Shown here one piece after another: positions 50,950 through 62,885 of a DNA stretch of 64,000 nt. Position numbers and translations under genes: made by a program. The notes beneath the pieces were generated by a model. It did no database searches. It saw nothing but the letters and a program-made list of their open reading frames with translations, and had not been told where the DNA came from. Within the stretch, counting starts at the first letter, position 1. Each line of letters starts with the position of its first letter. The DNA lies in contig NC_058369.1 in the NCBI RefSeq assembly GCF_018350175.1, positions 24,058,001 through 24,122,000 on the forward strand, in the 5' to 3' direction. Source of the DNA: Felis catus (taxonomy: Eukaryota).

Positions 50950-51160
50950 AATGTTTCTACTGAAATACTTATATCATATAAATGATATAATGTCTAGGAT
51001 TTGCTTCAAAATAACCCATGGGTAGGTGTGTGGAACTGCTAGATAGAAAGGAAAAAGGACTGTCAACGAGGTGAATAATTGCTGAAGTTGGGTAAAGGGT
51101 ATATGGGGTTCATTTTACTTTTGTATATAATTGATCTTAAAAAATTTAATAGTATTTTAT
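50950..51160 (+). mobile_element. Ancient L1M 3' UTR fragment
   Basis: aaatgatataatgtctaggatttgcttcaaaataa ... attgctgaagttgggt...tatatggggttcattttact. Confidence 0.7.
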
Positions 51161-51369
51161 CCAAGTGAATTGGGCCACCAATTTGGAAATACATGATTCT
51201 CATAGGAGTATTCCTCTCTGTTCCATGGAGGTGACACCTCCTTTTGAAAGAAGGGAGACTATCACTCATCATACCAAACTTACAGTCATATCTCATTTGA
51301 GTGCTTGTTCAAATATCTGCATGGATCCCACATTAAAGGCAGGGTTCTCAAGATAACTTATCTAAAAAA

Positions 51370-51600
51370 GGGGCGCCTGGGTGGCGCAGTCGGTTAAGCG
51401 TCCGACTTCAGCCAGGTCACGATCTCGCGGTCTGTGAGTTCGAGCCCCGCGTCAGGCTCTGGGCTGATGGCTCAGAGCCTGGAGCCTGTTTCCGATTCTG
51501 TGTCTCCCTCTCTCTCTGCCCCTCCCCCGTTCATGCTCTGTCTCTCTCTGTCCCAAAAATAAATAAACGTTGAAAAAAAATTAAAAAAAAAAAAAAAAAA
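51370..51600 (+). mobile_element. Young felid Can-SINE
   Basis: Near-consensus CpG-rich body with A8-TT-A18 tail; perfect 20-bp TSD aagataacttatctaaaaaa at 51350-51369 and 51601-51620. Confidence 0.98.
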
Positions 51601-51661
51601 AAGATAACTTATCTAAAAAATATGACTTAGTCGGGTATTTTCAACTGACCAAAATTGTTTT

Positions 51662-51887
51662 TAAAACTTTTTTAAGTTTATTTATTTATTTTTGGGAGAG
51701 AGAGAGAGCACAAGCGAGCACAAGTGGGAGAGGGGCAGAGAGAGAGAGGGAGACACAGAATCCAAAGTAGGCTCCAGGCTCTGTGCTGACACCAGAGAGC
51801 CAGATGCGGGGCTTGAACTCACAAACTGTGAGATGATGACCTGAGCCAAAGTTGAACACTTAAACGACTGAGCCACCCAGGTGCCCC
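51662..51887 (-). mobile_element. Can-SINE
   Basis: Antisense SINE; TSD tgaccaaaatt(g/c)ttt. Confidence 0.95.
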
Positions 51888-52450
51888 TGACCAAAATTCT
51901 TTAAAATTCTCTTCTCTGAATATAGGCACTTGATAAATTCACCTTTCCAAATGAGAAGCTTATCTGACTTCACTATATTCTTCCCTGAAAGACTTTTTAA
52001 GTAAATGAAAGTCTGCATAGGAAATCTTTGGAGGAGGTTAGAAAGTAGTTGCTCTAGAACATGAGATGCAGGCAATAATACCCACACATGAGAGGAGATT
52101 ACAGAGAGATCATGTTAAAATCAGTTCCACAGCACTTAAGAGCCTATGTCCCTGAAGAAAAGAAAATGGCTCTGAATGGTGACCCAAGTTTCTAGTCTAC
52201 CCACTAAAGACTGTTAGATGAATAACATTATTGAATGTGGAAAGGACTCCTTTCTAAGCTTTCTGAATCTACCTGGTCTGTGGCCACCTGCTTCCAGGTG
52301 AGAGAAGGCCTACATGCTGGACATGGACCAGTGTTACAATGCTACTGGTGCCACTACCACATTAGCTCAAGGTCCGTGGTATTCCAGGAAGGAGCAGAGC
52401 TCCTGGTCCAAGGTGAGAAATTATCAATGTAATGCAGGCTAGGTCTAGAC

Positions 52451-52637
52451 CAGGTCTTCTCAATCAGGGCTGGTTTTACCTTCTAAGGAACTTTTGGCAA
52501 TATCTGGAGACATTTTTAATTGACAACTGGAGGGGGGGATTGCTCCCGGCATCTAGTAGTCAAAGGCCAGGGATTACTAAAGAGAGCAGTCCCCACAAGA
52601 AAGAATCATCCATTCCAATGTCAGTTGAGGACCCTCG
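52451..52637 (+). mobile_element. MER20
   Basis: tttggcaatatctggagacattttt ... ggcatctagt...aggccaggga ... ccccacaagaaagaat. Confidence 0.85.
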
Positions 52638-52789
52638 GGCTAAAGCAGTAGTTACTACGATAACCCCCTCACAGGCCCTGTGCATGGAGGGATGAAAGTG
52701 CCAGGGGAGTAGAACACAGCTGGCTGGAAGAAGGGAAAGACAGGGGCCCCCATCTCCACTACTCCCAGAGCCAATCTAACCCTAAATAT

Positions 52790-53700
52790 GTAAATTCAGC
52801 ATTCTGTGGGTCTGTTGAAATCTTTTACTTCTCTTCTGTGGCTCCACTGCCAAAATCCTAAGACAAGCTCTCTTCCCCTGAAAGACTGCACCAGCTTCCT
52901 AACTAGTATGCCCACACCCAAATCTATCTGTGCAAAAGCCAGAGGCAGTAGGGTGGAACACAGAGACCAGTATGGTGTGGTGGTCAAGCATGTGCCCAGA
53001 CTACCTGATAATCCTGAGAGGTTCAAATCTCACCTTTGTTATGTGACCTTGGTCTAGTTACTTAATCCCTCCCTATCTCTGTTTCTTCACATGTAAAATG
53101 GGGAAGGTAAATGTAAAATCTTAGAGGGTCATTGTGAAGATGAAATAAGTTGACATTTACAAAGCTTTTTTAAAAGTTTCTGGCACATGGTAAGTACACC
53201 GTAATTGCTTTTTTATTATTTTCAAATCCTAATCCCATCATGCTGCTCCCCTTCAATGGATTCCTGTTCTTCCACAGGATAAATATTGACAATCAGACCA
53301 AGGACCTCAAGGTCCTGGGTGGTCTGGCCTCTGACACCCTTCCAGCCTTAACCAATCCTGCTACCCCACTATGTCTGTGTGTTCCAGCTACACAGGCCTC
53401 CTATGAGCTAATGGAAGGCATGTTGTCCCTTCTGTCACAGGGCCTTTGCAGGGGCAGTCCCTTCCTCTTGGAATGTGTTCCCTCACCTGACCCTACTTAG
53501 CAGCCCCACCTCTTCACCTGATGAACTCCCACTCACCCAGCACATCATGGCTCACAAACACATCATCAGGGGACTCTTCTACTTTCAGGATACTCTCATT
53601 ACTCCACAAAACTTTCCTTTGGTGCACATTTATCCTAGCAATCATTCTGCACTCAGATTTCTAATCCTGGGATTGGATATCAAATTATTCATTCATTCTC
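52790..53700 (+). mobile_element. L2 fragment interrupted by a MIR
   Basis: ctgcaccagcttcctaact ... ccttcaatggattcc ... cagggcctttgca ... cttggaatgtgttccctc. Confidence 0.65.
52960..53220 (+). mobile_element. MIR, near full length
   Basis: cagtatggtgtggtggtcaagcat ... tgtgaccttgg...gttacttaa ... tgtaaaatgggg ... tggcacatggtaag. Confidence 0.88.
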
Positions 53701-54364
53701 TCAATAAATAACTCTGACTTCCCTGAATGATCTGTTTTACAAATGAGTGAATAAGTCAATGACTGAACAAATTCCGGAGTCAATAAGGAGTGTTTAGCTT
53801 ATACTTGAGGCTAGAGTGTTACCTGTGCAGCAGTTGCTGCTCAAAGCTGGATGCCTTTAGCTTTATGGAAACCCCAAAGGCTATGAGCTTGGTAGGCTGA
53901 AAGGTGGCTACCTGTGGCCTGGAGTACAGACTTGTACTCTGGCCAGGAAGCCCTAGAATGCTCTCTTTCCTCCTATCTCCAGAAGCTCTTTTTCCTCAGT
54001 CAAGCCAACATCCCCAAGCCTGAAGAACAGGGGAAGAATTGTTTTCCCTTGTGTGTGACAGGAGCAGGAGACTGTTTTCACTACTCCTAAGGCTGAGGCT
54101 GACTCTGGGAACATCAGCCCCACATCTTTCTGGGGTCAGGGCAGCAGCAGTCATTCATGTTGAAGGGTCATTTGGAAGCCAAGTGTTTTTAGAAAAACCA
54201 CAGAATGGCAGTTTTGTTTCAGTGTTTTGACTTAAGCATCAAGCAATCTGCTTCTTTTTCCAAAATTACTTAATATGGGAAATGTAAACATTTTCTAACA
54301 GCGCTTTCTCAAATCATCCTAACAAATCTTGCACATGTGAACATGGCACCGTGGGCTTCCCTAC

Positions 54365-55130
54365 TGTACCAGTCTGGGTCTGGCTGGAGATAGAATTCAC
54401 CACAGATGGGTCCAATGAGAAGACTTCAATGAAAGGATGATGGAGGAGACATGGACAGGGTGAATAAAACAAACGAGATATGGAGAGGCACCCAGAAAAG
54501 CAATAGTGAGCAGCCATTTCAGTACCTTGGGCTGAGGAGCAAAAGGAAACAAGAGTTAATCCCAGTGCCAGCAGGAGGCATGGATAGGGCACTGCTGAGA
54601 GGGAGCCATAGTCATGGAGAGAAGTTGCTACCTCCAGAGGCATGGCCACAAAGCAGCACGGGAATGGGAGGCAACTCTCTAGCTTTTTTCTCCTCCTACC
54701 CTTCCATTTCCTACAGTGCTTCCTGTTGGTCTTGAACCCAACCAGGAGTCAGCCAGCAAAGGAGCCCTGGATATACACCCCACGGAGGGCAGCTTCCCAG
54801 GGCACAGCCTCCCCTCCCAAGAATGGCACTGGTGAGGGCAGGGGAAGGGAGAGGGTAGCACCGGGGTGGCTCAGTCAGTTAAGCATCCGACTTCGGCTGA
54901 GGTCGTGATCTCACAGTTTGTGGGTTCGAGTCCCACGTGGGGCTCTGCGTGCTGACAGCTCAGAACCTGGAGCCTGCTTTGGATTCTGTCTCCTTCTCTC
55001 TCTGCCTCTCCCCCACTTTGCACTCTCTCTCTCTGTGTCTCAAGAAGAAATAAATGTTTAAAAAAAAAAACTTAAAAAAGAAAAACAAAGAACGGCAGGG
55101 TGTAGGAAAGAGCAGAGAGTAACCACTGGG
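54365..55130 (-). mobile_element. LTR33-like (ERVL) LTR with a SINE inserted near one end
   Basis: tgtaccagtctgggtc ... gaacccaaccaggagtcagccagcaaaggagccc ... cagcttcccagggcacag. Confidence 0.65.
54855..55087 (+). mobile_element. Can-SINE
   Basis: gcaccggggtggctcagtcagttaagc head, CT tract and A-rich tail. Confidence 0.93.
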
Positions 55131-55708
55131 CCTACCCAATCCCATGTTGCCTTAGAATAAAGCCTTAGCTGGTGAAGTCTTAGAAATGTATCGAAAGGAA
55201 AGTTTTCCAAGAAAACTTCCAGAGAAAGAGCCAGGAGGAGAAAGAAGCTCCAAGCTCAGGACTGATGAAGTGAACACACAAACACCAATTTCAAAACAGA
55301 ACAGAAAGACAGCAATTTAACTTTTATCATAACTGCATGCTGGCACTAGCTGCATGCACTCTGCAAATCTCTTCAAGTAAGCAAAGTGTAGGGTATGAGT
55401 AATAACAGATTCTCAAACTTGGCCACAGACTCCTGCAGGTTCGAATTAAGATCCCAGGGATATTGGCTTAACCCAAAGATCAAGTCAAACACTGCATTTC
55501 AATTTTCACAATCCGTTGGTTCCCAAATTCCGTGACTAGAAAACAAAAGACCTTGGCCATACTTGATTGGCGGCTTGGCTTCAGGCTATAGTTCTCAATT
55601 GTTTTGCTGCTGGTGAACTGAGTGGTCTCCTCTCAACATCTCATTATCCAGGCAAGATTGCCAGAGCCAGGCCCTTCTCTCCCTCAAACATGTGTACATG
55701 CATGTATG

Positions 55709-55711
<3 letters not shown>

Positions 55712-55755
<44 letters not shown>
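55712..55755. repeat. (AC)22 microsatellite
   Basis: Direct reading. Confidence 0.98.
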
Positions 55756-55757
<2 letters not shown>

Positions 55758-55879
55758 CTTCCCAGGTGCTTGGTCTGCCTCCTGCCCAACAGTCAAAATT
55801 AGAGTCTAGCAAGACAAACATTATGCTGAGAAAATCCAGAAAATATTTTGAACCCCAGTTTTTTGTAGGGCACCAGAAC

Positions 55880-56045
55880 AGGGGTAGGAAAGAGAGGGGA
55901 AAGGAAGAAGAAGAGAGAGGATGGTGGTAAGAAGTAAAGGAAAGAAGGAAGAGAGAAAGGAAAAGAAAGAGGAGGCTGAGTGGAAGAAAAGGCAGGAGTA
56001 GCCAAGGAAAAAAGGGAAAGGAGGAAGAGGCAGTGAGCAGGAGGC
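55880..56045. repeat. Polypurine (GA-rich) low-complexity tract
   Basis: Almost only A and G on the + strand. Confidence 0.85.
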
Positions 56046-56127
56046 AAAGTATAACTTTCATCAGCATGCATTCATTCCTTCAACAAACTTTTATTAAATG
56101 TTTTCCAGGGCTCTAGAACATTCAAAA

Positions 56128-56199
56128 CCTTGCCCTATAGCCCTATACATATTCACTGAGAATATGCCTTGCCCTATAGCCCTATACATATTCACTGAG
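56128..56199. repeat. Perfect 33-bp direct duplication with a 6-bp spacer
   Basis: ccttgccctatagccctatacatattcactgag at 56128-56160 and 56167-56199; spacer aatatg. Confidence 0.97.
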
Positions 56200-56684
56200 T
56201 TGGAGCCTCTGTGATATCCTCTTCCAGTGAGGATAAGTATCTTGATATTTACCTGTTCACCCTCTATATCTTCAGGGTTGAGGCTTCTCCCGATCATATC
56301 TGGAGTATATTTTACCTATGCAAAGAAGATAGTCCAGGAAGGCAGAAAACCTTCTAAGTTGGGATTTGTCCCAAGTCCTGCCCTTTGAAATTCTGGCAGG
56401 AGGCTGGCATCTGGGCAACAGTCTGTTTTCCATTGATGCCTCCAGCCTCTGCTCTGGTATATGTTCTTATACCTTAGCAGTGTCCTCATTTTTCTTCTAT
56501 CCTTTTTCTTTAAACAAACATTGAAAGAAGTGGTTCCTAGGAAAGACCTAGGTACCCAGAGGGATGTAGTGAAAGAAGGAAAAAATGGAAGGGAGAAACA
56601 AAGGTGGAGAGAGAGAGGCATCAATTTATAGAGCTGGCTAGAGGACTATTCCATTGAGAACTATCCAAATTCATACCCTTAATT

Positions 56685-56897
56685 TATTTTTTATTTTTTT
56701 ATTATTAATATTTTAATAAATTGGGCTGTATCAAAATTAAAATTTGAATGTATCAAAATCTTTTTTTTAATATGAAATTTATTGTCAAATTGGTTTCCAT
56801 ACACAATGGAATACTACGTGACAATGAGAAAGAATGAAATATGGCCTTTTGTAGCAACGTGGATGGAACTGGAGGGTCTTATGCTAAGTGAAATAAG
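56685..56897 (-). mobile_element. Short felid L1 insertion: inverted ORF2 piece, L1 3' tip, then extra sequence and a second A tail
   Basis: 14-bp TSD tcatacccttaatt at 56671-56684 and 56898-56911; L1 tip 56761-56803 on minus; ORF2 piece 56799-56900 on plus. Confidence 0.88.
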
Positions 56898-57354
56898 TCA
56901 TACCCTTAATTATAGTCGGGCAAACTGAGGACCAGAAAGACCCACAGATTAAAGGATGATGAAATAACAGAGCTAGAGAGGATCACATGGTCTGTTGACC
57001 AGTAGACATGGACGGATCAGGTCTTTTGTATCTTAGTGAGGATTTATATTTTATAGGGACCACAGTCTCCTGGGAATTCAGATCTGAGACCTATGCCAAT
57101 TCCACTCCATTCCTCCACGGTGAACTTGTCTCTAGTCCCAAGAAAGCAAGTCAAAGTCATTTACACAAAATGGGAAACCCCCAGTCCACCAAACCTTTTG
57201 GGCCAAGATCATGATCCTGAATGGGGAAAACATATCCTACGTGAGTCCCCTTTGAAAATAAGTCAAATTAAATCATAGAGAGACCCTACAAAGCTTTTCT
57301 CTCTTCCCAAACTTAAACACCAGTTTTTAAAGAGGGAGGCTAGTTATGGGTTTC

Positions 57355-57556
57355 TTAATGTCCACTACTGGAGTTTGGAGTTGGATCATTCTTTAACGTT
57401 GGAGAGGCTGTCCTGTGCACTCTAGGATGTTTAGAGCATCCCTGGTCTCTACTCACTAGATGCCAGGAACAACTCCCTCTAGTTGTGACAACCAAAAATG
57501 TCTCCAGACTTTGCCAAACAAAGAGAGCAACATCAACCCCATAATGAAACCCACTG
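57355..57556 (-). mobile_element. MER20
   Basis: ggctgtcctgtgcactctaggatgtttag ... agttgtgacaaccaaaaatgtctccagac. Confidence 0.9.
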
Positions 57557-58489
57557 TTTAAAGAATCACATACTATTAATGTGTTCATCTGAGTCCAAAA
57601 CCCTGTTCACAGTTGGAGAGACTGGGTCAGGCTGCCTCAGCTCACTCAGCTATAAGTGGCAGATTCAGGCTGTGAACTCAAGTCCCAAGAGCCCTGCTCA
57701 CTGGACCAGAGAATTCTTGTTTCAGGACTTGAGTATGACCTTGGGTGTACTGTCTGGCCCCTGGTTTCTCTTTGTGTGATGCAGCTGCCCCACCCATTGC
57801 CTCCTGAGGCTAACCCTGGCAGCATTCCCCATCCCCCCAACTGACAGCATTAGATGAAGCATTAGATCACTTAAAAAAATTCCTCCAACAGGATGTTGCT
57901 CTTGGATTGGGAGAAGGACCACAACTGTCCCCTTTGACTTGCCGTGCTTTATGAGGTTGGAAGGCCTGTACATTTCTCTTTCCCCATCTTAATGGTTGAC
58001 CTTCCCAAGCCCCCATGGAGCTCCTGTGAGGTTGGAGACAACATGAAGTATAGTGGCTGGAATTATTTAAGCTCCACAATTCACAAGCATTTAGATTATT
58101 TAACTGCTCATTATGATTATTTAAGCTGAAAGATTATACTGCTTTAGCTCAGAAAATGTTTGTATTTCCATTAAAAACCACCAGGCCAAGGGCCCTTTTG
58201 ACTGACATTTTGCACTATTAAAACTATACGTACAGTGTATATTTTTGGAGAGAAGACAGTATGTCCCTTATTTTGTTTTAAGATAAGGAAACTGACTTCA
58301 AAGTCCTCTTCTAAGTAGCTCTCTCCTTGCCCCCTCCCTCCCAGCATCACCCTAACCTGCTGTCCTACTCCCTAGAGAGGCAAGTTGGAAGAAGCACCTA
58401 TCTGCCCACTGCCTTCTACTATTTAATCAAAACTAGTCCTGCCATTCCCACACTTAAAATTCTCACAATGACATCTGAGTTCTTCATTC

Positions 58490-58680
58490 AGAGACAGTGT
58501 GCTCAATGGTTACGATCACGGACTATACTATTAAACAGACTTACCTTTGAGTTGCAGGCATCTGGGCCTCAGTTTCTGCATCTACATAGGGATAATAATG
58601 CTCCCCAGCTCACAGGAGGTCGCAGAAATGTGGCCCTGCCTGACATGTAATAAACACTTAAGAAAAGTTCACTAGTAATA
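58490..58680 (+). mobile_element. MIR
   Basis: tctgggcctcagtttctgcatctacatagggataataat. Confidence 0.7.
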
Positions 58681-58911
58681 GTAATTTCATCACCCAAAGA
58701 CTTGACTGCACTGAATAATATATATGCCTGGGACAGTTTAATTCTCTGAAGGCATGTGAATCAGAGATAGTACATTCCTCAAGGCAGGGAGCGTGAAGGG
58801 CTCTTGATTCTACCTGACATGCAATGTAACCAGGGATTCTTTCCCTATAATGCTTTGTGAAACATGCTTTGGTGTGGCTAGTACATTTTACATCTAAAGA
58901 GTATTATGAAA

Positions 58912-59129
58912 GGGACACCTGGGTGGCTCAGTCGGTTGAGCACCCGACTTCGGCTCAGGTCATGATCTCACAGCTCATGAGTTCTAGCCTGGGATTGGGC
59001 TCTGTGCTGACAGGTCAGAGCCTGGAGCCTGCTTCGGATTCTGTGTCTTCCCCTCTCTCTGCCTCTCCCCTGCTCACACTCTATCTCTCTCTCTCTCTCA
59101 AAACAAATAAACATTAAATAAAAAATTAT
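58912..59129 (+). mobile_element. Can-SINE
   Basis: TSD taaag(a/t)gtatta(t/c)gaaa. Confidence 0.95.
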
Positions 59130-59837
59130 TAAAGTGTATTACGAAAAATCACACAGCGTACAAAAATCTAGAAAAATTCTATTGTGGCCCTATTAGAGAA
59201 GGCTGTGTCCTAAACCAAGCAGTCATTTTTTGGCTTTTGGCAAGTTTCTACATTTAAACAAAGCTCCTCAAGGGAAGAACAAAGAAGTTTTTGGCATCTC
59301 CTAAATATTACCCATGTTTCAGGTCATTTCTTTAATGAAGTTATGGATAGAATTCCCATTGGAAGGGCTGTGATCACCCTGCTGCCCCCTCCCTGGAGAT
59401 GGAAATTCCTTTCATAACACCCAGAACAGGTATTTTTTGCTCCCACAGGAATTTCAGACATACCTTGGAAGCTACCTCAAAAGGCTGCAGAGTTCCTACC
59501 ACTGCAAAGTTCTACAAAGCACTGAAGGAAGGTCTTCCACCTCTTAAATTCTACACCCCAGCTCCAGCACAATCTTCCGAGGCAACATAAATCAAGCCTA
59601 CTTCTTTTATTATATGTCACCTCTTTAATAGCTGAAGGAAGCATCTGCTTCTTGGCCTTCTCTAGACCTAACACCCTTCACTCATCAACTGTCCCAGCTA
59701 TGACAAGATTTGTCAGGTATTCCTGAACTGGTTACTCATATGTCTCCCCCATAGTTGACCACCATTGGTACCCAGAAATAAACTCATATAATACTAGACA
59801 TGCATCCATATGACTAAATGTCTGCTAGACAATTTCT

Positions 59838-60071
59838 TTTAATGTTTTTTGGGGTTGTTTTTGTTTTTTTTATTTTTTATTTTTGAGACAGAGAGAGACA
59901 GAGCATGAGCAGGGGAGGGGGCAGAGAGAGAGGGAGACACAGAATCTGAAGCAAGCTCCAGGCTCCAAGCTGTCAGCACAGAGCCCGATGCAGGGCTCGA
60001 AACCACAGACTGTGAGATCATGACCTGAGCTGAAGTCAGACACTTGACCGACTGAGCCACCCAGGCGCCCC
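59838..60071 (-). mobile_element. Can-SINE
   Basis: TSD tctg(c/t)tagacaatttct at 59821-59837 and 60072-60088. Confidence 0.95.
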
Positions 60072-60169
60072 TCTGTTAGACAATTTCTAAAGGTGTAATT
60101 GCAACACTGTTTGTATATGCTTAGTGAGATAACATACAAATTGACATATTTTTTTCATACTTTATTTTG

Positions 60170-60780
60170 GCAAAGACTGCTAATTGCTGCCAATTTATTT
60201 CCTTCCTCCATTGGTACTAGCTTCCCTGAATGTTAACTGGACATAGAACCACCCAGCTGAAGGCTTCATTTTCTGGCTTGCCTTGTAGCCAAGTGTGACC
60301 ATGTGATTTCAGCGCTGGCCACCTGACTGCTGCCTCTGCACTAGTTCTTGCACCTACTTAGAATGTACACATTGGAGGGATTTGTGTCCTCTGTTCACTT
60401 AGAACAGTGCTTAGATCGCTGCCTAAGGCACAGGAGAGTCCTTGTACATAGTAGATGCTTACTGAATAAACTGGTAATGACTGAGGTGTCAATGGATAGT
60501 ATGTGCGCCTTAAAGGGTAGGGGGGTTCGTTTCTCCTTTCTGCTAACTGGAATGTGGATGGGATGGTTGGAGCTGGGATAAAAATCTTGCATCCGGGTGG
60601 AAGCCATACGCTGAGAATGGCAAAGCATCAAGATGGAAGGAGTGGAGGTCCCCAGAGACTACACAGCTACTTGTATGAGCTTCTGGAATGTGAGATTTTC
60701 TGTTCCTTGCATTTAAAGTTAATTAGACCATTCTACTATTCTAAAGTTATTGTCTTTGTAGTTAAGTTTTACTACCCTCT
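60170..60780 (+). mobile_element. MLT1J-like LTR with an L2 3' fragment (about 60345-60485) inside
   Basis: ccttgtagccaagtgtgaccatgtga ... ctggaatgtggatg...tggagct ... gagaatggcaaagca...aagatggaagga; L2 motif tacatagtagatgctt. Confidence 0.65.
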
Positions 60781-62621
60781 ATAAGCTTTGTGTACAGCAG
60801 GTCTTTTCTCTTCCACTAAAGACTCTAAGCCACCAACTTCAGGGTTACAAGAGAAACAGAAATCATGAGTGATAAGCCATTATGCATTTATGTGACTGCC
60901 TGCAGCTCAAAGCACAATCAATGTTGGATGACATTTCCATGGATGACAATCATGACATTTATTTCCCCTCTGTGTCTACCACCTGTCCTCAATCATTGCA
61001 GGTAACCTAGAAAGCTATGACAAGCTTCATTGGTGTTCTGCCTGGCTCAATTTACTTTTCAAACTGAGCAGGTGGTAAATACAAACAACCAGACAAACTG
61101 GGACATTCTACAACATGTTACCATAGTATTTAATATTTTTTAAAGGGGACATGTCAAAGTTTTTCTAAACAAACTACTGGATAGAGAAAAGATGGCATTG
61201 TAGCCAAAACAAAAAAAAACATTGTTGACAGCATAAGGCTAACTGGAATCTGAAGATAGGATCAATGTATACAAACTATGTGTTTAACTAACATATTAAT
61301 ATGCAACATAACATTATACACACACATACATATATACATACACACATACATATATGACCTTTACTGCTTAAAAATCACTTTCTCATAAATGTATAATTTC
61401 ATTCAATCCCACTAACATCTCCGTAAGATATTGTAACTGAGTTTATCAATTTTAAGTAACGGATGCCTTCAAAACTCCTCTCCCAGGCTTCATTTATCCT
61501 GTCCAAATTGCCAGGCACTTAGGATTCCTCCCTAAAGAAATGTGATTTGTCTTTTCTCATGCTGACATGAAGTAAAGAATAAATTGATTTTTATCATTTT
61601 CTGCACCCTGCCTCTCCTTTGAAGGGTACTTACCTAATGAGTGGCTCTCTCAAAAGGGATCCCAGATCAAAGAGGCCAACAGGATAATGCCTTGGAATAA
61701 GCTGCTGCCTTACCTCACAGTAAATTTCCTAAAATAGCTCAATGTATACAAAGGCTTTCGGGGCTATCTAGAGAAGATATCTAAAATGCAACAATACCCA
61801 GTAAATTAAGATGGATCTTACAATATCATCAGATGAGTTTAAAATGTAGAAGTTTCCCTAAAATCTTTTCATGACATAAGCACCAGAAATCACCACAGGA
61901 AGTCTAAAATACACACTTCAAATCATGCAACTATTAACCAGCTCTCAAAACCCTTATTCATTCAGTATTTAACATTAAATGCAACATATCAGTCAGCCTG
62001 CCTGTCTACCTATTAAATTACAATGCTAGTTGGAATAGCCTGAGCAAGCACACACAGATAGATTTTATGTACGTATCTCATGGCCTTCAATTCCTTTTAG
62101 CTACAGATATCAAATTCACCTGTCACAAATTAAATAATTGAGCTTTGGTTACTGAAATGTAAGCTTATTAACCAGCATTAATAAAACCAAACATATAGAA
62201 TGATGTTCTTAATATTATTTTAATAAAATCCCTTTTACATAGGAGTAAACTGAACAAAGATGAAACATTAGGAAATGTTTTAGCAAGAGGTTTTAGATAT
62301 TTTTTAAGTAAAAGAATAATCTTACACACAAGGGAAAGGGAATATTGTGTTCTTCTATTAAGATACAGTGTTGGGGACTGTTAGTTCCTTCCAGTATGGG
62401 AATAATGACTGGCAGTTAGAATAGTAACCAATAAAAAGCAAACTAAATGGGGAAGTGTTGGAGGTGGGGGGAAAGAATCGTACATGAAATACAGTCAAAG
62501 GCTCTCCTCTGACCTTGGTTCCTAAAAGGGTTCTCAGGCTACAGGAAGGTACACTGCATTTTCTATGTCCATCTTTACCCCAAAGAGCTATGAGGGTCCT
62601 TACCTTTGGAAATAGCTTTCT

Positions 62622-62885
62622 TTTTTTTTTTTCTTTTTTTTTTTTTCTTTTTTTTTCCAACGGTTTTTTTTTTCCCTTTTTATTTATTTATTTATTTTTG
62701 GGACAGAGAGAGACAGAGCATGAACGGGGGAGGGGCAGAGAGAGAGGGAGACACAGAATCGGAAACAGGCTCCAGGCTCCGAGCCATCAACCCAGAGCCT
62801 GATGCGGGGCTGGAACTCACGGACCGCGAGATCGTGACCTGGCTGAAGTCAGACGCTTAACTGACTGCGCCACCCAGGCGCCCCG
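62622..62885 (-). mobile_element. Young felid Can-SINE with a long interrupted tail
   Basis: Diagnostic young body; TSD tggaaatagctttct at 62607-62621 and 62886-62900. Confidence 0.97.

Noticed and set aside
8648..56199. Direct repeats of 29-33 bp as a CRISPR-like array
   Set aside because: Each occurs only twice, they are unrelated to each other, they have no unique spacers or cas genes, and the DNA is mammalian.
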